Below, one piece after another: positions 1 to 11,927 of a stretch of 64,000 nt of DNA. The notes under the pieces were generated by a model. It saw only the letters and a program-made list of their open reading frames with translations. It was not told the origin of the DNA and did not search any database. This stretch comes from Octopus vulgaris. Its lineage: Eukaryota. The stretch is from assembly GCA_951406725.2 (NCBI GenBank), contig OX597825.1, positions 76,136,001-76,200,000 of the forward strand, written 5' to 3'. The position numbers and the translations under genes were made by a program. Positions within the stretch are counted from its first letter, which is position 1. Each line of letters opens with the position of its first letter.

Positions 1-968
1 TTTACGTGCCACGGCCACGAGTCGGATAGTGCTTTTTACGTACCACCAGGCCAGGGATCCTGGCTGGTTCAATTCGGTTTCGATTTCGATTGCCCCAACA
101 TGTCTTCGCAAGCATGGGGGGTTGGCATGGGTGTCTGTCGTCGGGTGAGGTTCTATATCGATTTCGCTTGCCTCAACCGGTCTTTTGCGTCCAAGGGGGG
201 AAAGGCATTCATAAGTGGGCTGGGCTCACTTGTCCTTCCTGGTCTTCTCACGTACAGAATATTTCCAAAGGTCTCGGTCGCTGGTCATTTCCTCAGTGAG
301 GCCTAAAGTTCGAAGGTCGTGCTTCACCACCTCGTCCCAGGTTTTCCTGGGTTTACCTCTTCCACGGGTTCCCTCAACTGCTAGGGATTGGCACTTTCTC
401 ACACACCCATCTTTATACATTCTCGCCACATGACCATACCAGCGCAATCGTCTCTCTTGCACACCACAACTGATGCTTCTTAGGTACAACATTTCTCTCA
501 AGGTGCTAACGCTCTGTCGAGTATGTACACTGACATTACACATCCATCGGAGCATACTGGCTTCATTCCTCACGAGCTTACGCATGTCCTCAGCAGTCAC
601 GGCCCATGTTTCGCTGCCATGTAGCATGGCTGTTCGTACACACGCATCATACAGTCTGCCTTTTACTCTGAGCAAGAGGCCTTTAGTCACCAGCAGAGGT
701 AAGAGCTCCCTAAACTTTGCCCAGGCTATTCTTATTCTAGCAGTTACACTTTCAGCGCACCCACCCCCACTACTGACTTGGTCACCTAGATAACGGAAGC
801 TATCAACTACTTCTAGTTTTTCCCCCTGGAAAGTGACGGAAGTTGTTTTCTGCAGATTTTCGGAGGTTAATGCTCCCGAGCATCTGCCACATACAAAAAC
901 TATCTTCCCAGTTAGCCTACCTTTGACATTGCTGCACCTCTTATGTGTCCATAGCTTACTCTAGGTAC
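1..968 (-). mobile_element. RTE-clade LINE 3' fragment (end of RT, C-terminal region, 3' UTR)
   Basis: ORF 226-690 has RTE C-terminal motifs (LYDACVRTAMLHGSETW, RRLRWYGHVARM, GRGKPRKTW). Upstream reads LEVVDSFRYLG. Homologous to the other RTE copies in the window. Confidence 0.9.
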
Positions 969-998
969 ATCTTATGGAGTTTCTACCTACACCTTTTC

Positions 999-1029
<31 letters not shown>

Positions 1030-1056
1030 TATACATACATACATATACATATATGT

Positions 1057-1146
1057 ACAAGGAAACACAAATAACAAGCGGTGTTCCACAGGGCACTGTC
1101 TTGGGGCCACTGCTGTTCATAGTGGCCCTTTCAGACATGCCCTCAG
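1057..1146 (+). mobile_element. Short CR1/L2/Jockey-group RT fragment
   Basis: Translates as TQITSGVPQGTVLGPLLFIVALSDMP, matching the GVPQGxxLGPLLF RT motif. Confidence 0.75.
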
Positions 1147-1225
1147 TTGTTAAGCAATGCTGGGGGAGACCAAGACAGACATACAAACATATATATATAC
1201 ATATATATACATACATATACATACA

Positions 1226-1274
<49 letters not shown>

Positions 1275-1438
1275 TGAAGGGCTTCATTCAGTTTCCCTCA
1301 ATCAAATCCACTCACAAAGCATTGGTCAGCCCAAGGCTATAGAAGAAGACACTTGCTCAATGTGCCACGCAGTTGGACTGAACCCAGATCCATGTGGTTG
1401 GTAAGCAAGATACTTACCACACAGCCACTCCTGCGCCT
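1145..1438 (-). mobile_element. tRNA-derived SINE, family A (CORE-like), 3'-truncated
   Basis: Minus strand has A-box TGGCTGTGTGG and B-box GGTTCAGTCC. Homologous to the full copy at 27235-27659. Confidence 0.85.
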
Positions 1439-1486
1439 ATATGTGAAATATGTGTGTGTGTGTATGTATGAAAGATATATAAATGT

Positions 1487-1790
1487 GAAGGCACATGGCT
1501 TAGTGGTTAGGGTGTTGAAATCATGATTGTGAGATCGTGGGTTCAATTCCCAGACGAGGATTTATGTTGTATTCTTGAGCAAAGTATTTCATTTCACATT
1601 GCTCTGTGATCATTTCATCATCTGACATGTGGCACATGGTGCACATGTACAGGTAATGTCGATTTGATGGGAGGAATGAACTTATGCGTACACAAACATT
1701 TAATCACTATAAAGAAATCATCTGTGTGGTTGTTTGGCAAGAATTTACCAAACTCTCATAAGTCATCTAATGAAGGAGAGTCTACGATGA
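1487..1790 (+). mobile_element. Degenerate tRNA-headed SINE
   Basis: A-box TGGCTTAGTGG, B-box GGTTCAATTCC, then a CORE-like CTTGAGCAAAG. Confidence 0.65.
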
Positions 1791-1856
1791 TATATCTATC
1801 TATCTATCTCCCCTCTCTCTCTATATATATGTATATATATATATATGTATATATAT

Positions 1857-4854
1857 ATCATCATCATCATCGTTAAGCGTCCGCTTTCCATGCTAGCATG
1901 GGTTGGCTGGTTCAACGGGGGTCTGGGAAGCCAGAAGGCAGCACCAGGCCCAGTCTGATCTGGCAATGTTTCTACGGCTGGATGCCCTTCCTAACGCCAA
2001 CCACTCCGTGAGTGTAGTGGGTGCTTTTACGTGCCACCGACACAGGTGCCAGACGAGGCTGGCAAACGACCACGATCGGATGGTACTTTTTACATGCCAC
2101 CGGCACGGAGGCCAGATGAAGCTGGCAATGGCCACGTTCGGATGGTTCTCTTACGTGCCCCTTACAGCTACAATTTCCATTGATGTTGATCGCTTTCGAT
2201 TTTGATTCTGATTTTGATTTCTCACTTGCCTCAACTGGTCTTCACAAGTAGTTTCGTGTCCCAAGAAGGAAAAGGTATGTAGAAGCCACGGGTTATGGTC
2301 TCACTTGTTCTGCCGGGTCTTCTCACGTACAGCATACTTCCATAGGTCTCGGTCTCTAGTCATTTCCTCGGTGAGCCCTAAAGTTCGAAGTTCGTGCTTC
2401 ACCACCTCGTCCCAGGTGTTCCTGGGTTTACCCCTTCCAAAGGATTCCTCAACCGCTAGTGTGTGGCACTTTTTCACACAGCTGTCTTCATTCATTCTTG
2501 CCACATGGCCATATCAGTGCAAACGTCTCTCTTGCACACCACAACTGATGCTTCCTAGGTCCAACTTTTCTCTCAAGGTACTTACACTCTGTCGAGTATG
2601 AACACTGACATTACACATCCATCGGAGCATACTGGCTTCATTTCTTGCAAGCTTATGCATTAACTCAGCAGTCACGGCCCATGTTTCACTGCCATGTAGC
2701 ATAGCTGTTCGTACACACGCATCATACAATCTGCTTTTCACTCTGTGCGAGAGGCCTTTTTCACCAGCAGAGGTAAGAGCTCTCTGAACTTAACCCAGGC
2801 TATTCTTACTCTAGCATTTACACTTTCAGTGCACCCACCCCCGCTGCTGACTTGGTCACCTAGGTAACGGAAGCTATCAACTATTTCTAGTTTTTCTCCA
2901 TGGAATGTGGCAGAAGTTGGTCTCAGAGCATTTTCAGTGTTTATTGCTCCTGAGCATCTGCCACATACAAAAACTATTTTCCTAGTTAGCCTTCCCTTGA
3001 CATTGCTGCACCTCTTATGTGTCCATAGTTTACACTTGGTGCATCTTATAGAGTTCCTACCTGCGTTTGTGATTTTCTACCTTCCTACTTATTAGGACTT
3101 TGGTTTTAGCTAGGTTGACTATAAGGCCCTTCAATTCTAATCCTTGCTTCCACAACTGAAACTTCTCCTCCAGTTCTGATAGTGACTCAGCAATTTGAGC
3201 AAGGTCATCAGCATAGAGGAGCTCCCAGGGGCATCCTGTCTTGAATTCCTCCGTTATTGCCTGGAGGACTATGATAAATAGGAGGGGCTGAGGACTGAAC
3301 TTGGTGGACCCCTACCTCTACTCGGAATTCTTCACTGTACTCGTCGCCAACCCTCACCTTACTAGCAGCATCCCTGTACATGGCTCGTACAGCTCTCACT
3401 AACCATTCATCTATCCCTAGTGTCCTCACTGACCACCAGATAAGGGATCGGGGGACCCTGTCGAAGGATTTCTCCATGTCAACAAAAGCCAGGTACAGGG
3501 GCTTATCTTTGGCTAGGTATTTCTCCTGCAGCTGCCTTACCAGGAATATAGCATCAGTGGTACTTTTCTCTGGCACGAACCCAAACTGCATCTCATCTAA
3601 ACTAACTCTCTCTCTAATTAGTTGGGCTATGACGCTCTCTGTAACCTTCATTACCTGATCCAACAGCTTGATACACCTGTAGTTATTTGTATCTAGGGCG
3701 TCACCTTTACCTTTGTAGCAGTTGACTATTATGCTGCTACACCAGTCATTGGGAATGACTCCTTCATGTATCACGTGGTTAACTATATGGGTGACTAGTC
3801 TATAGCCAACACTACCAGATATTTTAAGCATCTCTGCAGTGATTCCTGATGGGCCTGGGGCTTTCCCAGTCTTCATGATTCTAATTGTCTTATCTATCGA
3901 GGAACTGTCAACTCAGATAGCTGGTCCCTCTGTTGGGATGACATTCGGCAGACTCTCTTTATCCCATTCATTTTCTTTATTCAGCAACCTTTCATAGTGG
4001 CATCTCCAAACCCCTCTCTTTGCATCCTCGTTTAGCGCAAGTGAACCATCATCTATGCGAACACATTTCTCTCCTACCACATCACAATTCTCACTCACAC
4101 TCTGTTTTGCAACGCGAAACACCTCCAGTCTTTGGTCCTCACGGCGCAGAGCATTGGCAAATTTTTTCTTATCTGCATCCCCTCTGGCTAAATACACCTG
4201 CCTCCTAAGCTTCCCTTCTGGCAGTCTGATACATTTCCCTGCTACCACCGTTCTTCCAAGCCTGTTTCTTTTGTCTAATAGCCCTGTCAACAATATTGTT
4301 TCACCACCACGTTATTTTGGGTCTAGAGGGGAATTGCACCAACCACAGATCTGGTCAGTGGCTCTCAGCAGGTTGTCCCTTAGAAACCTCCAGTTGTCTT
4401 CTACCTCATGTGAAGCTATATCCCCTTCTATTTCGTCAAAGGCTTCAAGTAATATATCTCTAAATCTCTATCCATTCCCCAGATCTTTAAGCTTCCAACT
4501 CCTTCTTCTCCATGCTGGTCGTCCTTTTAGTGCTGACCCTAAAGTCACTAACTACCAGTCTATGTTGTGGGGTACATTCTTCGCCTGGGAAGGTTTTGGC
4601 ATTTATAAGTAGCCATCTTTCCCTTTTTCTGACAAGGATGTAGTCTATTTGGCTAGTATGTCGGCCCTATCAGTAGGTGACTAGGTGGCTGGTAGGTTTC
4701 CTGAAGTTAGTGTTGCAGACCATAAGATCATTCGCATCACAGAACTCCAGCAGCCTGGTTCCCTCCTCATTGCGGGAACCGTAGCCGTAGCATCCATATA
4801 CACCATGGAAGCCCCCAGCATGTTGTCCAACATGCCCATGGAAGTCACCAGCCC

Positions 4855-4857
<3 letters not shown>
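1857..4857 (-). mobile_element. RTE-clade LINE, ~3 kb, 5'-truncated and frameshifted (APE endonuclease C-half, RT, 3' UTR, (GAT)n tail)
   Basis: APE motifs GDFHGHVG, RNEEGTRLLEFC and SQIDYILVRK (4620-4857). RT motifs KAPGPSGI, QFGF, AFVDMEKSFDRV, LLYADDL and RYLG. (CAT)n at 1857-1871 is the tail. Confidence 0.93.
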
Positions 4858-4898
<41 letters not shown>

Positions 4899-5107
4899 CG
4901 AGAAGTTGAGGTTATAAGAGACACAGAGGTGTCAGGTAATGCTGAATAAGTGCTATAGACAGACCATAGTTAAGTTCCAGATTCGGTAATATTGCGAATA
5001 AAGGGTTCAAAGTTGGTTCTATGTCAGCATGTGTATATAAGAATTTTTTGCGTAATGAGATAAAAAAAACCCAAGGCTGTATAGATATTAGAGCATTTAT
5101 AAATAGA

Positions 5108-5166
5108 AGGTCTTACAGCTGTTTTTAGAATATTAATTAATAATAATATCCCTTCATCAGAGAAGG
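5108..5166 (-). ncRNA. Degenerate type I hammerhead ribozyme (G12 mutated)
   Basis: tct-CTGATGA-A-GGGATATT..AATATTCT-A-aAAAC-AGCT-GTA-aga; the GAAA core reads AAAA. Confidence 0.6.
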
Positions 5167-5816
5167 TGTGAGAGGAAAAGTTAAGTCATAGTTTCAATGT
5201 GATATGAATAGAGCGAGGAGGAGGAAAGAAAATAGATGTAAGATATGTATGGTTATTGAGTTCATAAATTCGTTTTATAGGCATAATGGTATATATGTGT
5301 ATTATTCCAATATCCTTTGAGTAAAATCCAAAAGTCCCACAGAGTTTAATCCAAATGTAAAGTCCATCCAAAAGTAAAGTTTATAAGCAATGTAAGATTC
5401 TCTTAAAGTTGGTCATTCCCAGTAGGGAATTTATATAGAAAGTAGCAGATTCCAGGTTTGTGTTTAAACTGACCTAGAAATAGGAAGTGTATTAATTTGG
5501 TCATATTGAAAACAGGAAGAGAGGAATGACAAAGAAAAAGAAAAAAGAAAAAAAGGAGAAGAGAAAGAAAGAATTAAAGAGAAAGAAAAAAGAAGATTAG
5601 TAAAAATAAAAATAAAGAATAAAACCCCTGAAGGTATGAATAAAGAGAATAAGGAAAAGAAGGAAAAAAAAATTGGTCAGTGGAGGTAGTTTGAAAGTAG
5701 AGAGAGAAAGGTATTATAGTATAAATGATAGAGAAATGAGGATAGAGGAAGTACTAAGTGTAGTAGTAGCTTTTAATTGAGGCAAATATATGAAGAATTA
5801 AGAATTAAGGAAATAT

Positions 5817-5956
5817 ATATCTTTATTACCCACAAGGGGCTAAACACAGAGGGGACAATCAAGGACAGACAAATGGATTAAGTCGATTACATCGACCCAC
5901 ATGTGCGTAAATGGTACTTAAATTATGGACCCCCAAAGGATGAAAGGCAAAGTCAA
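5817..5956 (-). mobile_element. SINE family B, 3' half
   Basis: Homologous to 42839-43070 (central GCCTTTCATCCTTT..GG domain; tail CCCTTGTGGGTAATAAAGA). Confidence 0.8.
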
Positions 5957-6221
5957 GCAGTGTTAATTATTCTGAGAAAATATTTATGTGAAGATGTATA
6001 TACATGTATATCAGATAAGTTATAGAGATAAATTACAAATACAAACCTCGTGTATCATTGTTCCCACATGTGCAGTTATCTAAATTTTGCATGCATATAA
6101 ATGTTTACATATACCCACATGTATGCATACAGGCATACCCTCAATCATACATATATACGTGTGTATGGTTGTGTATGTGTATATATGCAAATGAATATAA
6201 TTAGATGGTTGCATATGTGAG

Positions 6222-6375
6222 AAACTAGCTTGCAGATTGAGCGCTGACCTCGGTAGGGAAGTCCTGAGTCTATTATGGACCATGATAGAGTATAGGGTAT
6301 GTTTGCATTTTTGAGATGATGTATGTGATTGGCGAGTGATGTAGATTTACTATGTTTATATGTAGATTTACATAT
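6222..6375 (-). mobile_element. Penelope-like element, GIY-YIG C-terminal fragment
   Basis: STSLANHIHHLKNANIPYTLSWSIIDSGLPYRGQRSICKL fits the PLE pattern T.L..HI..LK....Y...W.II....PY......C.L. Confidence 0.75.
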
Positions 6376-6482
6376 GTTGAGAAGGGAAGATGTAATATGT
6401 ATGTACATATGGGTATGTTTGTACATAAATATATATGTATGTATATATGTGTGTGTATGTATATGTATATATATTTATGTAT

Positions 6483-7260
6483 TCCTCATTTATATACCTT
6501 TTCATTCCTACATAACTACAATAATCTTAGGATATATTGTTTTTATATTCCACTATTATTTCTCTTTTGATAACTTTCTCCTTCCTCTGTTTATACTTTA
6601 TCTAATAAGAATAATATAATACACCTACCAATAATAATAATTGATTCCTTGGTATGCATTTACATATGAATATAGAAATATATGTACATGTGTTTATGCA
6701 TGTTTATGTGTATGTATGTATATGTATAAGTGTGTATATGTGTATGTATTTGTATTTATAATTTAACCTTATGAACTTTCTAAACTCTATGACGAAACCC
6801 AGAGACACACCCAAGTACCTAAATCTTATCTACCAAATACTTCAGTTCACTGAAGGGAAATAAGTAGATTGGGGTACTTTGGCCTCTTGGCCGAAACAGC
6901 TGTAAGATATAATCCTATCTTTTGTGATCTGCGTTATATATTTTAATAATTACTGGTATTTTTATATATATTTTGTATATGTAAAGCTTACTATGCTATA
7001 CATGTATGTATACTGTTATAATGGGTTTTTTTTAAAAATAAATATATAGACATAATATAATGTCTAAAAGTTGATCCCCTCCATTTTCTTATTGCTGTAT
7101 AAATTAATCTCACCCATTTATTACATTCAGTAGTGTAATTGCCATGCAAATAAAAAAAAACAACTTGTGTATTAATAATTGGGTTTTCTACCGCAGTATA
7201 TTGGATAGATATTATCCCTTAGTTGGTTGGATTAACAACCTCTAACTCTTTTGGAACTAT
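6483..7260 (+). mobile_element. PLE pLTR-like non-coding element carrying a hammerhead; inverted homologue at 15770-16530
   Basis: Colinear reverse-complement similarity to 15770-16530 over ~770 bp. Lies in inverted orientation next to a PLE endonuclease fragment. Confidence 0.75.
6786..6907 (+). ncRNA. Degenerate hammerhead with long stem II (C3 mutated)
   Basis: tct-aTGACGA ... ggcc-GAAAC-AGCT-GTA-aga; same family as 16105-16226. Confidence 0.6.
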
Positions 7261-7273
7261 ATATATATATATA

Positions 7274-8360
7274 CTAGCAGTATCACCCGGTGTTGCTTGG
7301 GTTTGTTTCGACCCTTTAGAATTGGAATTTTTGAAAAGTAGAAATTTTGCATTATGCAACTTGTTATTCTCTTCAAGTGAACATTTTTCCAGTTGAAATA
7401 CACCAAAAAATGGTAATACAGCAGTCAAAAATCGTAAAAAATAGGGATTTTCATAGAAAAAAAGCACCTTTTTGATGTAAATAATTTTGGTGTTAACATG
7501 GTCCGATTTGAATTTATCTTCTACAGAATGAAGAGCAAGCTTTCTTCTATCATACACTCAATTTTGGTCAACTTGTGCTGCAGGGTCTCGAAGGAGATAG
7601 TGTTAGTTGAAGGCTACCAAACCTGCCACACACAGACAACTTCAGCTTTATATATATAGATTTGCTACACACTACTTTCCATCCTTAATAATGAAACTTG
7701 GTAGATCCAAAAGTTAAACACACAGACACACACAGACACACAAGTTGAGTTTTATATATATGTAGATTTCTCAACGGGGATTTCAGGGGAGAGTTTCAGG
7801 GAGTCGCTGGCGATGTATCATGATGATCAAAAATCTGTCCTGCTAAAATTTGGTTAAAGTGATTCAAACTGCAGACTCAACGCAAAATGGTCACATTTAA
7901 TTCAAAGTGTTAAAAATGTTATGAAAACAACTGGTATGTGTTCACAAAGTCCAAATGATTAAAACGAAAAAACCCTCCAGGCTACATCCCGAAAATTCAT
8001 TTCTTTGCCGAATTTCTACAATGTTTACGGCAATTCTTGATTTTTTATTTTTCATGCAATTTACGCATGCTTGCATGCATGGTGAACACAGTTCATGTTA
8101 AACAGCTGACTGAGTAAAGTTCACTATTCAATGCATGGGATAAGGCCTAAACAAACACATTATCGATTTTTGCAATTGCAAGATGAATTTCGGAACAGAA
8201 ATAGTGCAGTTCAATTTTCATTCGCCTAAACTTTAAATGACCCATTTTTGGTGGTTCTACGATTTGTTGGCTAGGAGGAGATGTGCCGGGAAGTTAAACA
8301 CACAGACACACACACAGATACACACACAGACACACAAGTTGAGTTTTATATATATATATA
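7274..8360 (-). mobile_element. Non-autonomous Helitron with nested 5' ends
   Basis: 3' CTAG at 7274-7277 with GC hairpin at 7286-7301. 5' TC-(TA)n-like starts at 7660 and 7766; a third related end near 8350. Confidence 0.7.
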
Positions 8361-8439
8361 TATATATATACATACAATATATATTATACATGCATACATA
8401 CATACATATATACATACATACAGGCATACTTCCCACTAA

Positions 8440-9595
8440 GTGTTGAAGTGCATCCACAACCAAGTTTACATGCATGAAGGTGATGACATCATGAGACTTG
8501 GAATGCAACACCTTAAGCAGTATTCCTTGTCTGATAACCTTAAATACATGCCCAAAGATGTCATGCAGCTCTACCAAACATATCATGAGATTTAAAGATA
8601 AGTGTACATCAGCAGAAGACCATGCATGGATATGTTAGCAGAAAACTCTTGATTGATAGTTCACATTGAAGACCAAAGCAGTCTATCGTGGACTAACAAG
8701 CAGATTACTAACTTCCACTTTGAAGGGTATGCGTTTGAAATCTGGAAACAGGAAATATCAACCAAATATCTGATGCATAAAAGGGACAGAGACACAGGCA
8801 AAACATCAAAATATGATAACTGATGCAAACTTTGTGGAATTAACACTGAAGATATCCCCTACATCATTAGCAGTTGTCCAATAATGTCATCATGATATTA
8901 TCTGCTGATGAGACATGATGCTGTATCTAAGACACTGTATAAGGAGATCCATTGGAAGGATAACCTTGAGGCCAAAGAAGTAAGAACCCACAGTTTGTCA
9001 GAAGCCACAGCCACGCATAATAAGAAGGAGTACCAGAGGAATATCCCAGTGAAAACCTCAAAAAATGTAACTATAATAAGCTTTATGTAGTGATTTGGCA
9101 TAGAGAAGAGAAACTGAGTACAACTGTGGAAATCAGCTGCCCAGCAGATGCTGATATAAAGCTAAAGATCAGCGAAAAAGAAAATATCTATGCTGAACTA
9201 TTGAGAGATTTACAGTTACTTTACCAAGATTGCAAATTCAGGTTTATACCTGTAATTATTGTGGCACTGGGATTTGTAGCACACTGCCTAAGTAACAACG
9301 TTGAGAAGTTAGGCTTCTCAAAACTAGAAAGGATCTGATTTAAAGACTACATATCCAAACCATCAGTGGAACTGTAAAAATCTATAAAAATTTCTAGAAG
9401 TTTATCATTCAAGTATATATGTGCATATCTAGACATGCATAAAACAAAGCATACAAATCTGTACATATACACAAATACATGCAAAAATACCCTGTTAATG
9501 TTGTTGAAATTTCAAGAAAGGGGCCTTGAATCTAGGTTAGAAACCAGCTCTTTCTTTATTGGTAAGAAATTGTGAAATAAAACTGAATGATGACA
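8440..9595 (+). mobile_element. R4/Dong-like non-LTR retrotransposon 3' fragment (zinc knuckle plus restriction-like endonuclease)
   Basis: CKLCGINTEDIPYIISSC (degenerate CCHC), RHDAV, VEISCP..D...KISEKENIY and IPVIIVALG; contains stops and frameshifts. Confidence 0.8.
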
Positions 9596-9629
<34 letters not shown>

Positions 9630-9925
9630 CCAAAACCAGACATTATTGTATAGTACCAAAGGTACTATCCATCCTGTCTAATATCAGACCAAGTAGTGCA
9701 ATAGCTTAGGGTTCAAAGTTGCATAGCTCTTCATTGCTCTGCCCTAAAAAGTAAGAAACCTACACAACATGGACGTGGGTGTCATCAAAAGGGAACTAGA
9801 CATTCTCCTCTCCACAATACACGATGAACTAATGGCCCAGCATGTGGTACAAATGGGGACAGCAGTGTCATACTCCTTCGTACACCAGATGGCCAACAAC
9901 CAAAGGGAAAACGCATGCAAGGGTA
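9630..9925 (+). mobile_element. CR1-group LINE 3' end fragment
   Basis: VRNLHNMDVGVIKRELDILLSTIHDEL...SYSFVHQ resembles the ..FK..LD..L..IPDEP...SNSL.HQ C-terminus. Confidence 0.55.
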
Positions 9926-10183
9926 GTGATATGAAATCCCTAACCCTAACCCTAAAGAAATCAGCCAAAGAAGAAAGATCTGTTAGGAATAAAAGAATGT
10001 GTGTGAGTGTGTGTGTGTGTGGGGGGGGGGGGGTATGGAGTAAGTTTTCAATTTAATTATTGCTTTCATATGTGCTACTTGACATCAACATTAAAATAAT
10101 ATATGTCATGAAGTGATTATAACAAGAAGTGTGATGATGATGATATACAGATATATGATTATATGTATGTATATTTATATATA

Positions 10184-10271
10184 CAGGGGAGTGCTGAAAA
10201 GATTTTGGGTTTGGGTAAAAGAAAATACAAGAGGAACAGTTAATTATAATTTTATTCAACATATTCCCCTC
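10184..10271 (+). mobile_element. Possible mariner terminal fragment
   Basis: TA-CAGGGGAGTGCTGAAAAG resembles mariner TIR starts; no partner TIR seen. Confidence 0.35.
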
Positions 10272-10570
10272 TTATTATCATAAGCCCAATGAATGCTTAA
10301 GATATATAAATAAAAATTCTTATCATCCAAGAAGCATAATAAATTCAATTATTAGAAATATATCTACTTGTATTGCAAGGCTCTCATCTAATGAGGATAG
10401 ATTTAAGTAAAATCAAACTTATCATAACCATGCATTATTAGAAGCTGGACATAGAGATAAGGTTTTCTATATCCAGAATCATCATATTAATAATGAAGTT
10501 CTAGAAAATGATAGGATTATAGAGATGTTGAAAATTAACAAAGAGTATAAGGAAACTAAAAATTTAGATA
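10272..10570 (+). mobile_element. Penelope-like RT thumb fragment
   Basis: HKPNECLRYINKNSYHPRSIINSIIRNISTCIARLSSNED...HNHALLEAGH. Confidence 0.75.
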
Positions 10571-10619
10571 ACAACAACAACAACAACGACAACAACAATA
10601 ATAATAATAACAATAATAT

Positions 10620-11336
10620 TAATTTCTTTTATTGGCCACAAGGACCCAAGGCATGGTGGACAATATCAAAGGTTGAGTAACAGCACAACAAAAACATGTG
10701 GGGTTAACATGAACCAAGGGGAGATATTACCACATTAAAGGATATAACAAAGGATATATAATAGAAAGTAGAGAAATAAATAATAAATAAATAAATAGAA
10801 TCCCCAATAGTGGGGCTAATCTTGGATAATCTGGGGTAATCTTGGGATAATCTGGGGTAAAACCCCAACAAAAATTCCAGATTACTCTGCTATCTCTGAC
10901 ATGGGAAAGTGCCCTCTTCCAGTTCCTTTCCTCCTGCTTAGAAAAGCATATTCAGAGTCGATCCATTCAGTCTCTCGTCAACCTTTTGATAAACATACTA
11001 AAAGGTAGCACTGCCCTCTCTACTTTCACCTTCCTCTTCAAATGATATTTGAGGAAATTGATGGGAGCTTGACTGGATAGGAATGTGCCTGTTTTCTAAC
11101 CTTTCAGATGGGTCCACCACACAGTCTCTTTTCCACAGCCACCAGGCAGAGAAAGACCTGCTTTCTTTTTCTGCTAAGGGAAGGTGGTGTGTTGATCACA
11201 GCTGTGTGAATTCATTTTATACATGACAAAGTTGCTCCACACAATCCCACAGTTCTCTAATGCATGGACACTGAATTATTGCATGCAGAATGATTTCGTC
11301 CCCCTGGGATATGCATGGTAAAAAGGAAGTTGTCAG
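10620..11336 (-). mobile_element. Tx1/L1-clade LINE 3' end
   Basis: DEIILHAIIQCPCIRELWDCVEQ (CCHC end), then VFLCLVAV..ETVWWTHLKG and FLKYHLKRKVKVER. Tail GGCCAATAAAGAAA abuts an (AAC/AAT)n tract. Confidence 0.7.
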
Positions 11337-11354
11337 TTTAAACAGAGTTAAAAA

Positions 11355-11927
11355 GGCTCATGGAAAGACTTCGGGCCCCCCACCTCCACATTTTCTCCCA
11401 AATTTGTTTATGTAAAAAAATTTTTTTGCTGTAAACCCCCGTTTTCAGATATGGAGGTTCCAGAAAATTGCCAAGGATCAACTTTGTTAAATTCCTCACA
11501 CCCTTCTCCACCAAATTCTTCAATTTTGACTTTTTCCCCAACACTAACCCTAACCCTAATCCTAACCCTAAAACCCTAATCCTAAAACCCTAACCATAAC
11601 CGTAACTACAGAAATGTTTTGAAATTTTTATCTGAATGTCCGTATTTTTCTGCATATTTAGAAAAAAAAAAAAATTCTTAAAATAAATTTTACAAAACAT
11701 TTTGGAAATTTTTTTCAGAATCATAATCTCCATATTTTTCCACATATTTTGGAAAAAAAAATTCTGAAAAAGTGAAAAATGAAGGAAATGGGGGTAGGGG
11801 GTGGTAATTTAAAAATGATTCATATTCCCCATAATCGAAAAGAGGGATTTGTGTCAAAAAAAAAAAATTGCTTTTTAAAAGGGTGGTTATTTTGGTGGTG
11901 GGAACGGGCGGAAGTCTTGCCAGACTC
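11355..11927. mobile_element. Non-autonomous DNA element with imperfect terminal inverted repeats and an internal telomere-like (CCCTAA)n tract
   Basis: TGGAAAGACTTCGGGCCCCCCACC (11361) is inverted to GGTGGGAACGGGCGGAAGTCTTGCCA (~11897-11922). (CCCTAA)-like array at 11545-11605. Confidence 0.5.
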
